Shown: piece by piece, positions 17,447 to 27,230 of the stretch | Layout of the letters: each line of letters starts with the position of its first letter | Position numbering within the stretch: the stretch's first letter is position 1 | Source of the DNA: an uncultured Chloroflexia bacterium | GTDB lineage: Bacteria; Chloroflexota; Limnocylindria; Limnocylindrales; CSP1-4 | Length of the DNA: 64,000 nucleotides | Reading direction: 5' to 3' | Assembly (NCBI GenBank): GCA_963707215.1 | Contig: CAVPPB010000002.1 | Span: 352,001-416,000, forward strand | Made by a program: the position numbers and the translations under genes | The notes under the pieces: generated by a model | The model's input: only the letters and a program-made list of their open reading frames with translations | Told to the model about the DNA's origin: nothing | The model's database searches: none

Positions 17447-18718
17447 CTAGTCCTGGTAGCGACGGAGGACGGCGACGGCGTTCTGGCCGCCGAAGCCGAA
17501 CCCATTGACCATGACCGTGTCGACCCTCGCCTCGCGGCCCACGAGCGGGACGTAGTCGAGGTCGCACTCGGGCAGGTCGGGGTTCTCCAGGTTCGCTGTC
17601 GGGCTTATGAACTGGTCGCGGATGCCACCGAGCGCGGCCAGCCCGCTGGCGATCCCGGCCGCGCCGACGAGGTGGCCGACCATCGACTTCGGCGAGCTGA
17701 TGGCGCGCCCGGCGGCGGCCGAACCGAAGGCCGTCTTGATGGCTCGCGTCTCGGTGACGTCGTTGAGCGGCGTCGAGGTGCCGTGGGCGACGATCCAGTC
17801 GATCTCATCGGGCGCCACGCCCGCGTCTCGCAAGGCCGCCTGCATCGAAGCGGCGGCGAAGCGACCGGTCGGTTCGGGCGCGCTGATGTGGAAGGCATCG
17901 GTCGTGAGGCCGCCACCGATGACCTCAGCGATGGGGGTGGCCCCGCGCTCGCGGGCGTGGGCCAGCAATTCGACGACGACCACGCCACCGCCCTCGCCGA
18001 TGACGAAGCCGTCGCGGTCCCGGTCGAACGGCCGAGAGGCGTGCTCCGGGTCGTCGTTCCGCTTCGAGAGGGCGCCCATGTTCGACAGGGCAGCCACGCC
18101 CATCGGCAGCACCGGCGCTTCGGAACCGCCGGTCAGGACGACGTCGGCGGCGCCGGTCTGGATGAGTCGCAGGGCGTCCTGGAAGGCGAGCACGGACGTA
18201 GCGCAGGCCGCGGTCTGGGCCATGACCGGTCCGTGGAGGTCGTACTTCATGGCCAGCATGCAACCGGCCATCGAGCCGGACAGGGCCGGGATGGCGAACG
18301 CCGACACGAAGCGCGCGCCCTTCTGGTCGAAGGCGTGGGTCCCGTCGATGACCTGCTCGAGGCCACCGCCGCCGGTGTTGATGACCACGCCGACGCGGTT
18401 GCGCTGCTCGGGCGTCATCGCCTCGAAGTCGAGTCCCGCAGACGCCAGGGCTTCGGCGCCGGCGGCCATCGCGAAGTGGATGAAGCGGCTCATCCGACGG
18501 GCCATCTTGGGGTCCATGCCGGTGGCCGGGTCGAAGTCCCTGACCTCGGCGGCGATGCGAACCTCCATCCCGTCGGTCGGGAAGCTCTCGATGAGGCGGG
18601 TGCCCGTGACGCCGGCCCGCAGGTTCGACCAGTAGGTCTCGAAGTCGTTGCCGATCGGCATGACCGCACCCATGCCGGTGATCACGGCACGGCGGTCGGG
18701 GTCCTGGCTTGGCGGCAC
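17447..18718 (-). CDS. fabF: beta-ketoacyl-ACP synthase II
   Basis: TACAT catalytic Cys, SRPFD, AHGTST, KSMVGH, NGFGFGGQN. Confidence 0.92.
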   Translation of the reverse strand: MPPSQDPDRRAVITGMGAVMPIGNDFETYWSNLRAGVTGTRLIESFPTDGMEVRIAAEVRDFDPATGMDPKMARRMSRFIHFAMAAGAEALASAGLDFEAMTPEQRNRVGVVINTGGGGLEQVIDGTHAFDQKGARFVSAFAIPALSGSMAGCMLAMKYDLHGPVMAQTAACATSVLAFQDALRLIQTGAADVVLTGGSEAPVLPMGVAALSNMGALSKRNDDPEHASRPFDRDRDGFVIGEGGGVVVVELLAHARERGATPIAEVIGGGLTTDAFHISAPEPTGRFAAASMQAALRDAGVAPDEIDWIVAHGTSTPLNDVTETRAIKTAFGSAAAGRAISSPKSMVGHLVGAAGIASGLAALGGIRDQFISPTANLENPDLPECDLDYVPLVGREARVDTVMVNGFGFGGQNAVAVLRRYQD

Positions 18719-18780
18719 CTGGCTACCTCGCTGACGTGGCGCTGGCTGGGCGCCATTCTAGGGGACGGGTCGCGCGGCCC

Positions 18781-20043
18781 TCAGTCGCCGTCGTAGCGTT
18801 TGAAGATGACCGCGGCGTTGTGCCCGCCGAGGCCGACGTTGCACGACACCGCGTGGCGGACCGGCATCTCGCGCGTCTCTGGCAGCACGAACAGGTCGCA
18901 GTCCGGATCGGGCTCGAGGTAGTTGAGCGTTCCTGGGACCGTCTGCTCGGCGACCGACATCGCGGTCGCGAAGGCCTCGAAGGCGCCGGCCGCGCCCATC
19001 ATGTGGCCGGTCATCGACTTGGTCGCGCTGACGGCGACGGACTTCGTGTGGTCGCCCCAGACCGACCAGAATGCGTCGGCCTCGCGCTTGTCGCCGACCG
19101 GTGTCGAGGTCCCGTGCGGGTTGATCATGTCGATCTCGTCGGCGGCGACCCCTCGTCGCTCGAGCGCCATCCGGATGGCCCGGGCCACGCCGACCCCACC
19201 CTCGATGGGCTGGATCATGTCCCAGCCGTCGGCCGCCGAGCCGTAGCCGACGACCTCCGCGTAGATCCGGGCACCGCGGGCCTTGGCAAGCTCCAGGTCC
19301 TCGAGGATCAGGGCGGCCGCGCCCTCGCCGAGGATGAAGCCGTTGCGGGTCCGGTCGTACGGCCGTGACACATCGGTGATCGGGAAGCCCGGTCGGGGCG
19401 CACCGACGCCGCGCATGTTGGAGAAGCCGGCATGGCCGATCTCCAGCAGCGCGTTCTCCGTGGAGCCGGCGATGATCGTCGTGCAGTCACCGCGGCGGAT
19501 CGTCTCGGCCGCCTCGCCCACGCAGGACGTCCCGGTCGAGCACGCGGTCACGACGCACATGTTGTGGCCGATGGCGCCGGTCTCGATGGCGATCATCCCC
19601 GAGGTCGAGTCCACCAGCGAGTTGGCGATGAAGGTCGGCGAGACCCGGTCGGGCCCGCGCTCCTTGAGCACCAGCAACTGCTCGTTCATCATCTCCTGGC
19701 CGCCGCTGCCGGAGCCGTAGATGACGCCGACATCGGTCCGGTTCTGGTCGCTGATCTCGAGGCCGGAGTCGGCCAGGGCGAGCTTGGCCGAGGCCACGCC
19801 CATCTGGAGCTCGCGGCCGGTCCGGCGGACCGTCTTGGCGTCGAGCCAGTCGGTCGGCACGAAGCCGTCGACCTCGCCGCCGGCTTTGCCCGCGTACGGG
19901 TCCGTGTCGAAGCGGGTGATCTGGCGGATCCCGCTTCGGCCGTTGACGAGGTTGTCCCAGGCCGTCGCCTTGTCGTTGCCGACCGGGCTGATGAGGCCGA
20001 GGCCGGTGATGACGACGCGGCGGTCGTAGTCGGGTCTGCGCAC
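18781..20043 (-). CDS. fabF: beta-ketoacyl-ACP synthase II (second paralog)
   Basis: TACST, SRPYD, PHGTST, KSMTGH, GLGGHN. Confidence 0.9.
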   Translation of the reverse strand: MRRPDYDRRVVITGLGLISPVGNDKATAWDNLVNGRSGIRQITRFDTDPYAGKAGGEVDGFVPTDWLDAKTVRRTGRELQMGVASAKLALADSGLEISDQNRTDVGVIYGSGSGGQEMMNEQLLVLKERGPDRVSPTFIANSLVDSTSGMIAIETGAIGHNMCVVTACSTGTSCVGEAAETIRRGDCTTIIAGSTENALLEIGHAGFSNMRGVGAPRPGFPITDVSRPYDRTRNGFILGEGAAALILEDLELAKARGARIYAEVVGYGSAADGWDMIQPIEGGVGVARAIRMALERRGVAADEIDMINPHGTSTPVGDKREADAFWSVWGDHTKSVAVSATKSMTGHMMGAAGAFEAFATAMSVAEQTVPGTLNYLEPDPDCDLFVLPETREMPVRHAVSCNVGLGGHNAAVIFKRYDGD

Positions 20044-20067
20044 GGTCAGGTCTCCTCGGGTCGTGGG

Positions 20068-21033
20068 TCAGCTGGCGGGGGCGGCGAAGGGAACGGCCAG
20101 GCGGTCGGGAGCGGCGGGGTCGTCGGTCGCGAGCGTCTCGGTCCCGGGGGCGATCCGCTTGATGAGTCCGGTCAGGACACGGCCAGGCCCGACCTCGACG
20201 AAGGTCGTGACCCCATCGGCGGTCATCCGCTCGACGGCGGCGACCCAATCGACGCCGGTCGTCAGGTGGTCGACGAGCTCGGCCCGGGCGGCGTCCGCGG
20301 TCTCGATGAGCCGGGCGTCGGCGTTGGCCAGGAGCGGCGGGTGCGGATCGGCGAACTCGATCCCCGCGAGCACGGCGCGCATCCCCTCGGCCGCCTCGGC
20401 CATCAGCGGTGAGTGGGCGGCGACCGAGACCGGCAGCTCGAGCGCCCGCTTGGCCCCGAACCCCCTTGCCAGCCCGATCGCCGCCTCGATCGCCGCGGCC
20501 TCCCCGGAGAGGACGACCTGGCCGGGCGAGTTCCGGTTGGCGACGCCGACGATCCCGTGGACGCGGGCCTCGGCGAGCAGCTCCGGGACGCGCGCGTCGT
20601 CGAGACCGATGACGGCGGCCATCCGCCCGTCGCGACCCGCCCCTGACGCCTGCATCTGGAGCCCCCGCTCGCGGACGAGCCGGACCCCGTCGTCGAGGTC
20701 GAGCGAGCCGGCCGCGATCAGGGCGGTGTACTGGCCCATCGAATGACCGGCCGAGAAGGCCGGCGTCGGAGGATCGATGCCGAGGGCGACCCAGCGCTCG
20801 CGCAGCGCGGCCAGATAGGCGATGGACGTTGCCAGAAGGGCCGGTTGGGCGTTCTCCGTCCGGTTGAGCTCCTCCTCCGGGCCCTCCCAGGCGAGCCGGC
20901 TGATCGGCTCGCCGAGGGCGGCATCGGCGGCGACGAACACGGCGGCGGCCGCCGGCGACGCCTCGGCCAGCGCGCGGCCCATGCCGACGGACTGTGAGCC
21001 CTGGCCGGGGAATACGAAGGCGACGGTGGGCAC
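20068..21033 (-). CDS. fabD: malonyl-CoA:ACP transacylase
   Basis: GGAGGT RBS before GTG; FPGQGSQ, GHSMG, VSVAAHS, EVGPG. Confidence 0.93.
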   Translation of the reverse strand: MPTVAFVFPGQGSQSVGMGRALAEASPAAAAVFVAADAALGEPISRLAWEGPEEELNRTENAQPALLATSIAYLAALRERWVALGIDPPTPAFSAGHSMGQYTALIAAGSLDLDDGVRLVRERGLQMQASGAGRDGRMAAVIGLDDARVPELLAEARVHGIVGVANRNSPGQVVLSGEAAAIEAAIGLARGFGAKRALELPVSVAAHSPLMAEAAEGMRAVLAGIEFADPHPPLLANADARLIETADAARAELVDHLTTGVDWVAAVERMTADGVTTFVEVGPGRVLTGLIKRIAPGTETLATDDPAAPDRLAVPFAAPAS

Positions 21034-21146
21034 GGTACCTCCGTGGAGGGGAGACGGGACCGTCGCAGCGTACGCTACGTCCCCCTCCGGGAGGCACAGG
21101 TCGTTGCACGATTGCATGGATCGGTCGCGCCAGATACGCTGCCGGC

Positions 21147-21746
21147 ATGGACGCGACGTCGAAGACCGAGCCCGTGGCACCGCGACCGCCCCGTCGGCCT
21201 GCCCGCCGGCCGGCCCGGACCCGGACCATCGCCCGTGTCTTCGAGGCGGACCTCTCGGCTCCGGTCCTGGCGGCCAGCGGACGCGTCTCCAACCCCCGCC
21301 AGATCTCCGAGCGGATCGCCATGGGCCGGGCCCTGTGGCGCGAGCTCGTCACAGGGTTCGCGACCCAGCTCGCCGAGCTCCGCCTGGGCTTCACCCAGCT
21401 GGCGGCCCTCTACGTCCTGGCCGAGGGAAGGACGACGACCGTCACCGACCTGGCGGACGCCATCGGACGCTCGCCGTCGGCCACGAGCCGGCTCGTCGAG
21501 GGACTGGTCCAGCGCCGGCTCGTCGAGCGGCGCGGCGAGGCCGAGGACCGGCGCCTGCGAACGCTCCGCCTGACTCCCCGAGGTCAGGCGATCCTGCGGG
21601 TCGTCGACCGAGGGCGGGCCGAGCAGTTCCTGGGCGCGGTCCGGGCGCTCCCGTCGGACGAGCGACGGCTCATCGCGATGGGTGTCGCGGCGCTGGCGAC
21701 GAGCGCCATCTCGGATCGCGGCCGACTCGTCCGAGGTCGGCGCTAG
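21147..21746 (+). CDS. MarR family transcriptional regulator
   Basis: wHTH TVTDLADAIGRSPSATSRLVEGL...EDRR...LTPRG; divergent from fabD. Confidence 0.88.
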   Translation: MDATSKTEPVAPRPPRRPARRPARTRTIARVFEADLSAPVLAASGRVSNPRQISERIAMGRALWRELVTGFATQLAELRLGFTQLAALYVLAEGRTTTVTDLADAIGRSPSATSRLVEGLVQRRLVERRGEAEDRRLRTLRLTPRGQAILRVVDRGRAEQFLGAVRALPSDERRLIAMGVAALATSAISDRGRLVRGRR

Positions 21747-23374
21747 CGGGGCGTCAGGGATCCCCGGATCGCCAGGCCGAAGAGCCCGACGGCGGCCATG
21801 ACGGCGACCAGGCCGACCACGATGGCCGGGAGTGTGGCCGCGCTGATCGTGAAGCCGCCGGCCGCCGCCTCAGCCGGGCTGGCCACGAGACCGGAGCCGC
21901 TACCTCCTCCGCCCCCGCCGCCTCCTTCGGCCTCGCCTGCGCCACCGGCCGGATCCCCGGATCCGGCTCCCGGCTCGGCGGTCGGGGACGCCCCGGGCGT
22001 GCCGGGATCATCCGTCGCTCCGGTCGCGGGCGATCCCGATGCGAACGGAGCGTCCGGCGGCGCCGGCGGCGCTGCTCCGCTTGCGTCCGGCACGACGACG
22101 ACCCCGGTCATCTGGGGATGCAGGGTGCAGAAGTAGCGATAGGTACCGGGCGCGTCGAAGCGGCGCGACCAGCGCCCGCCGGCGGCCACGAAGCCGCTGT
22201 CGAAGCGCCCCGCCTGGTCGGTGACGGTGTGCGGCGCCCGGCCGGCGTTGACCCAGGTGACCGTGGCGCCCGGTCGGACGGTGATCGAGCCCGGCCGGTA
22301 GCCGAAATCGATCATCGTGACACCGCCGGGGCCCGGCGCCGGCGCGCCCGGCGGGGATGGCCGCGGCGATGCCGGCGCAGGGGCCGAGCCGTCGGAGCCG
22401 GTGACCACGAGCGTGGCGGTCATCTCCGGGTGGATCGTGCAGAGGTACGGGAACGTGCCCGGCACCGGGAACGTCCGGCTCCACGAACCGCCGCCGGCCA
22501 GGGTGCCGCTGTCGAACGAGCCATCGGCCGCGGTGGCCGTGTGGGGCGCCCGTCCCGCGTTGACCCAGGTCACCCGGGCGCCGGCCGGGACGGTCAGGGA
22601 CGCGGGCGCGTAGCGGAAGTCAAGGATCGTCACGCCGCCCAGTGGCGGCGTCGGCGCCGGTGGCGGCGTCGGCGCCGGGGTCGGGCTCGGGGCGGGCGGC
22701 GGGGTGGTCCCCGGCGCCGTGACGATGACGGTCCCGGTCATGTCCGGGTGGAGGACGCAGAGATAGCGGAAGGTGCCGGCGGACGGGAAGGAGCGCCGGT
22801 AGGTCGCCCCCGGCGCCATCGTCCCGCTGTCCCAGGCGTCGTCGGCGGCGGTCACCGTGTGGTCGCGCGAGTCGTCGTTGCGCCAGGTCACGGAGCCGCC
22901 GGGCGCGATCGTGACGCTCGTCGGGCGGAACACCCGGCCGGCCATCCCGACCGTCGCCACCGACGGGGGCGGGGTCGGCGTCGCGCCGGGCCCGGGGGCC
23001 GAGCTGGGGGGCGGCGTCGGGTTCGCTGACACGACGACCGAACCCTGGAACGCTGGATCGTCCTTGTTGCGCTCATCCCGGTAGGCGGTCGTGCCGAGCG
23101 CGTCGAAGACCAAGGTGAAGGTCTGGCCGGGCTCGAGGTCACCGGAGTCGAACTCCGTCGGCCCGCTCGTCGACCGGACGCGGTGGCGATTGCCGGACTC
23201 GTTGACCCAGGTCACGGTCGTTCCCGGCGTGATGGCGAGCTCGGCAGGCTCGAGGCGGTCGGTGATCCGGATGGTCGCCGTGGCCGCGTCGGCGACCGGG
23301 ACATCGAGGCCCGACGCGAGGAGGAAACCGACGATGGCGAGGGTGCCTCCGACGCGGAGGGCCCGGGCGATCAA
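21743..23374 (-). CDS. exported, membrane-anchored protein with four plastocyanin-like cupredoxin domains
   Basis: Signal peptide after TTG start; 4x VTWxN...H; CxxHPxM in domains 2-4; Pro-rich linkers; C-terminal TM. Confidence 0.88.
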   Translation of the reverse strand: MIARALRVGGTLAIVGFLLASGLDVPVADAATATIRITDRLEPAELAITPGTTVTWVNESGNRHRVRSTSGPTEFDSGDLEPGQTFTLVFDALGTTAYRDERNKDDPAFQGSVVVSANPTPPPSSAPGPGATPTPPPSVATVGMAGRVFRPTSVTIAPGGSVTWRNDDSRDHTVTAADDAWDSGTMAPGATYRRSFPSAGTFRYLCVLHPDMTGTVIVTAPGTTPPPAPSPTPAPTPPPAPTPPLGGVTILDFRYAPASLTVPAGARVTWVNAGRAPHTATAADGSFDSGTLAGGGSWSRTFPVPGTFPYLCTIHPEMTATLVVTGSDGSAPAPASPRPSPPGAPAPGPGGVTMIDFGYRPGSITVRPGATVTWVNAGRAPHTVTDQAGRFDSGFVAAGGRWSRRFDAPGTYRYFCTLHPQMTGVVVVPDASGAAPPAPPDAPFASGSPATGATDDPGTPGASPTAEPGAGSGDPAGGAGEAEGGGGGGGGSGSGLVASPAEAAAGGFTISAATLPAIVVGLVAVMAAVGLFGLAIRGSLTPR

Positions 23375-23523
23375 GTCGCACCGTCCAGGGTGGTCGAGGG
23401 CATCCGAGGTCCTCCCCTGCCGATCAGCGCCCCGTCGGGGCAGGCGCCGAAGCGGGCCGCATGGCCCGTCGATGGTCATGAGGCGGCCGGAGCCCGAAAG
23501 GTTTCGTGCTTCGCGGCGACGGG

Positions 23524-24954
23524 TCAGCCGCAGTAGCGGCGGACGACGTCGTAGAGGACCGGCAAGCCGAAGCGCAGGGCCTCGAGCGAGACCCGCTCGT
23601 CGGTCCCGTGGAACCGTTCCAGGAAGCGCTCGTCGGGGTCCAGGCGGAGCGGGCTGAAGCCGTAGGTGGGGACGCCCAGCTTGATCGTGTGCTTGGCGTC
23701 GGTCGCGAACGGGGCCATCGCCGGCGCCGGGACCGCCTCGGGGTCGTGGTCGACCAGGGTGTCCGCCATGATCCGGTAGAGCTCGCCCTCGGCCGGGGCC
23801 TCGACCGCCGGTGCCACCAGGTACGGCTCGATCTCGCAGACGGCTGCCAGCTCGTCACCGAGCCTGGCCCGGATCCGCTCGCGCAGCGCCGCCTCGGTGG
23901 TGCCCGGCAGGGTCCTGCAATCGACATGGATCTCGGCGCTGCCCGGGATCACGTTGTACTTCACGCCGGCCGCGACGATGTCGGGGCTGATCGTGTCGCG
24001 CAGGAGAGCGCGCGCCGCGCGGGTCAGGCTCGGATCGCAGGCTCGGTCGAGTGCCGCGTCGGCAGCCGGGTCGCCGTCGGCCAGACCCCGCAGGAGCTCC
24101 GCCGTAGACCCGCCCGTCGCGTCGGCGGCCGTGTGCAGGAACCGGGCCATCACCGGGGTCACCCGGGCCGGCTCCGGGTCGGCGAGCCGGGTCACGATGG
24201 CAGCCGCCCGGACGGCCGCGTTGTCCGGCCGGGGCATCGAGGCGTGCCCCCAGGTTCCCTGGACCGTGATCCGGTAGACGGCGTAGCCCTTCTCGGCCAC
24301 GCCGATCGGGTAGAGGCGTCGCCCGGCGACCGTGACCGAGACACCACCGCACTCGTTGAGGGCGCCGTCCGCGCGCAGCCAGTCCGGCCGGTGCTCCACG
24401 ATCCAGCCGGCCCCGGCGTGACCGCCGGCCTCCTCGTCGGCGGTCGCCGCGAAGAGCACGTCCCGCCGCAGGCCGGGGATGGGATCGCTGGCCGGATCGA
24501 GCCCGGCGGTCCGCGCCTCCCTGGCAAGAGCCAGCATGACGGCGAGCTCCATCGCCACCATGCCCTTCATGTCGACGGCACCGCGGCCCCACACGTAACC
24601 GTCGTCGATGTCCGCGCCGAAGGGGTCGTGGGTCCAGCCGTCGGGGGGCGCGGGGACGACGTCGACGTGGGACAGCAGCAGCAGGGGCCCGCCGCCGGAT
24701 CCGTCGCCGCGGAGCCGGGCGGCGACCGATCCCCGGCCCGGGAACGGCTCGACGACCTCGGGGCGCAGCCCTTCCGCCGCCAGTCGATCGGCGACGAGCC
24801 GGGCGGCCCGGAGCTCACCGTCGCCCGGCGGCTCGGGCGGGTTGACGGAGGGGATCCGGATCAGCTCCCGCAGGAGCTCGACCAGCTCATCGTGGGCCCG
24901 CGCCCAGGCCCCCGGCTCGAGGGCATCGGACGGCCGGCCGGGGCCCGAGCCCAT
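23524..24954 (-). CDS. M20/M25/M40 family metallopeptidase/deacylase
   Basis: SHVDVVP, WGRGAVDMKG, ADEEAGG, GHAS, TDAK, HGTDER. Confidence 0.92.
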   Translation of the reverse strand: MGSGPGRPSDALEPGAWARAHDELVELLRELIRIPSVNPPEPPGDGELRAARLVADRLAAEGLRPEVVEPFPGRGSVAARLRGDGSGGGPLLLLSHVDVVPAPPDGWTHDPFGADIDDGYVWGRGAVDMKGMVAMELAVMLALAREARTAGLDPASDPIPGLRRDVLFAATADEEAGGHAGAGWIVEHRPDWLRADGALNECGGVSVTVAGRRLYPIGVAEKGYAVYRITVQGTWGHASMPRPDNAAVRAAAIVTRLADPEPARVTPVMARFLHTAADATGGSTAELLRGLADGDPAADAALDRACDPSLTRAARALLRDTISPDIVAAGVKYNVIPGSAEIHVDCRTLPGTTEAALRERIRARLGDELAAVCEIEPYLVAPAVEAPAEGELYRIMADTLVDHDPEAVPAPAMAPFATDAKHTIKLGVPTYGFSPLRLDPDERFLERFHGTDERVSLEALRFGLPVLYDVVRRYCG

Positions 24955-24956
24955 CC

Positions 24957-25303
24957 TCAGACGCCCAGCAGCTCGCCGACGATGACGCCGATGATCCCCA
25001 GGACGAACCCGCCGAGGACGATGCCGACGACCATCGCCACGAGCAGGCGGACGTAGCGTCGCTCGCCCTCGACCGTTCGCTGGAGGTCTGGGTCCTCGCC
25101 ACCGGCGATGTACAGGCCGGGCAGGCCCTTGTCGCGAGCGATCGCGGCGCGGGCCGTGTAGGCCTGTGGCGGGGGCGCCGGCCTGGGCGTTGCGAGCTGC
25201 CCGGGTCCGTCGGTCGGCGGGACCGCGCCCGTCGCGTCGTCGCCCGTGCGCCGTCGGTGCTCGCGTCCTCGTCGGTGGGCGCTGGGGTCCGCTCGTCGCT
25301 CAC
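24957..25303 (-). CDS. small C-terminally anchored membrane protein; apparent frameshift
   Basis: VSDERTP start frame differs from the high-GC3 frame ...KGLPGLYIAGGEDPD...YVRLLVAMVVGIVLGGFVLGIIGVIVGELLGV*. Confidence 0.5.
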
Positions 25304-25353
25304 CGGGTCATCATGCCCCACCATCGGATCGGCCGCCGGCCGCGCCCCCGACG

Positions 25354-26238
25354 TCACCCGAGCGTCTCACGCAGCGGCTCGGCCACCTCGCGGGCGAGGA
25401 CCCGGAGGCCGTCGGGGCCCAGGCTCGAACGCAGCGCCAGGACCAGCTCGGTCGCGCCGGCTCGAGCGAGGGCGGCGCCGATCTCGACCGAGCGCCGGTG
25501 GGCGGCGGCGTCGGTCCCGGTCGCGACCTGGCCGACGAAGGCGAACCGGGACGGATCGCGACCCTCGTCCTCCAGCGCCCCGAGCAGCGCGTCGCGGCGG
25601 TCGACGAAGTACTCGACGTCGTCCGCCCGGTCGCCTGGCAGGATCCAGCCGTCGGCGGAACGTGCCGCAAGGGCGATGCCTCGCCGCTTCTGGCCGCCGA
25701 GGTAGATCGGCGGGCCGCCGGGCCGGGTCGGACCGGGCTCGTTGGTCGCCTCCACCAGCGGGTAGAAGGGGTCGGGTCGGGTGACACCCGGCGGCGCGGC
25801 CGCCTCTGCCGAGAAGAGCGCCCGGAGCACGCCGACGGCGCTCTCGAGCCGGTCGATCCGCTCGCCGATCGGGGGCAGCTCGAGGCCGAACGCCCGGTGC
25901 TCGCCTTCGTGCCAGCCGGCCCCCAGACCGACGACGAAGCGGCCGCCGCTGGCCAGGTCGAGGACGGTGGCGGCCTTGGCCAGGACGGCCGGGTGGCGGA
26001 AGGTGTTCGACAGGACGCCGTGGCCGAGCCACTTGCCCGGGACGTGGTGGGCCAGCGCGGCCATCGCGGTGAGCGCCTCCAGGCTCGGGCCGCTCCGGTC
26101 GGGGGCCATGTCCGTCAGGTGGTCGTTCATCCAGCCGCCGTCGAGGACCGGCAGCTCTCCGGCCGCGACCCAGGTCGCCTCGAGGGTCGCCCAGTCGACC
26201 TGCTGCGGCGAGGTCTTGAACCAGAGCCGGACGCTCAC
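25354..26238 (-). CDS. LLM-class (luciferase-like, possibly F420-dependent) oxidoreductase
   Basis: WMNDH, FRHPAVLAK, GRFVVGLGAGW, PPIYLGG, ADGW. Confidence 0.92.
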   Translation of the reverse strand: MSVRLWFKTSPQQVDWATLEATWVAAGELPVLDGGWMNDHLTDMAPDRSGPSLEALTAMAALAHHVPGKWLGHGVLSNTFRHPAVLAKAATVLDLASGGRFVVGLGAGWHEGEHRAFGLELPPIGERIDRLESAVGVLRALFSAEAAAPPGVTRPDPFYPLVEATNEPGPTRPGGPPIYLGGQKRRGIALAARSADGWILPGDRADDVEYFVDRRDALLGALEDEGRDPSRFAFVGQVATGTDAAAHRRSVEIGAALARAGATELVLALRSSLGPDGLRVLAREVAEPLRETLG

Positions 26239-27230
26239 CCCGCCGCCTCCGTGGTCGGATGCGTCAGCGGGCCGCGCATGAGATGGCGGTCGGGGAGCGG
26301 CCGGTAGCCGAGCCGGCCGTTGATCGAGCGCATCGGGGCATTCTCGGTGTCGTTGGTCGTCTCGAGGGCGACGAGGCCCGCCCCGATGGCCCAGGCGACG
26401 GTCGCTCGCTTCAGGGCCGAGGCGATCCCCCGGCCTCGTGCCGAGCGGGCGACCGCGGTCATGTCGTGGATGCCCACGTCGGGCCGTTCGTCGGACACGG
26501 TGACGTTGGCGTAGCCCACCACCCGGTCGGCCGCGTCGAGGGCGACGAAGAACGCGTCCGGCCGGTTGCCGGGCGAGTCGACGTCGCGGGCCCGGAACTC
26601 GTCGAGATCGCCCGCGGCCATCGGCTCGGAGCCGGGGATGTCGGGGAACGCCTCGATCGCGACGGCGTGGATCCCGGACAGCAGGTCGGGACGGTCCGCG
26701 AGCGTGACCATCCGGATGCCGGTAGGCAGCGTCACGGCCGGCGCCGTCCGTCCGGCCAGGTCGAGGCGGACCGCCTTCGAGGTCTCGATGACCTCGAAGT
26801 CCCGGTGCCGGAGGAACTCCATGCTCTCCGGCCGATCCGCCCGGACCTGGGTCTCGAGGGCGAGCTTGCCGGCGACCCGGGCCACGGCGGACACGGCCGC
26901 GAGGAGCCGGGAGCCGATGCCCTGCCGCCGCGCGTCCGGGAGGACGGCCACGGACATCCAGTACGCGTCGTACTCGGCCGGCAGGACGAAGATCCGGCCC
27001 ACGTCGGCCATGCCGACGGCACTCCCGGCCCCGTCCTCGGCGAGGAAGAAGGCGCCGCCCGGATAGAGGGCGTAGGCCCAGCGCAGCCAGGCGGCGCCCC
27101 GGGCGTCGTCGGGGTCGACCGCGGCGAGGACCCGGGCGGCCGACTCGAAGTCCGCGTCGGTGCCGTCCGCCCGGCGGATCCGGATGGCGGGCGCCTCACC
27201 GCGCTCGGCCACCCGGGCCGGTCCGGTCAC
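26235..27230 (-). CDS. tandem GNAT N-acetyltransferase
   Basis: Two acetyl-CoA motifs RRQGIG and RGRGIA; [13 protein letters not shown]. Confidence 0.88.
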   Translation of the reverse strand: MTGPARVAERGEAPAIRIRRADGTDADFESAARVLAAVDPDDARGAAWLRWAYALYPGGAFFLAEDGAGSAVGMADVGRIFVLPAEYDAYWMSVAVLPDARRQGIGSRLLAAVSAVARVAGKLALETQVRADRPESMEFLRHRDFEVIETSKAVRLDLAGRTAPAVTLPTGIRMVTLADRPDLLSGIHAVAIEAFPDIPGSEPMAAGDLDEFRARDVDSPGNRPDAFFVALDAADRVVGYANVTVSDERPDVGIHDMTAVARSARGRGIASALKRATVAWAIGAGLVALETTNDTENAPMRSINGRLGYRPLPDRHLMRGPLTHPTTEAAG

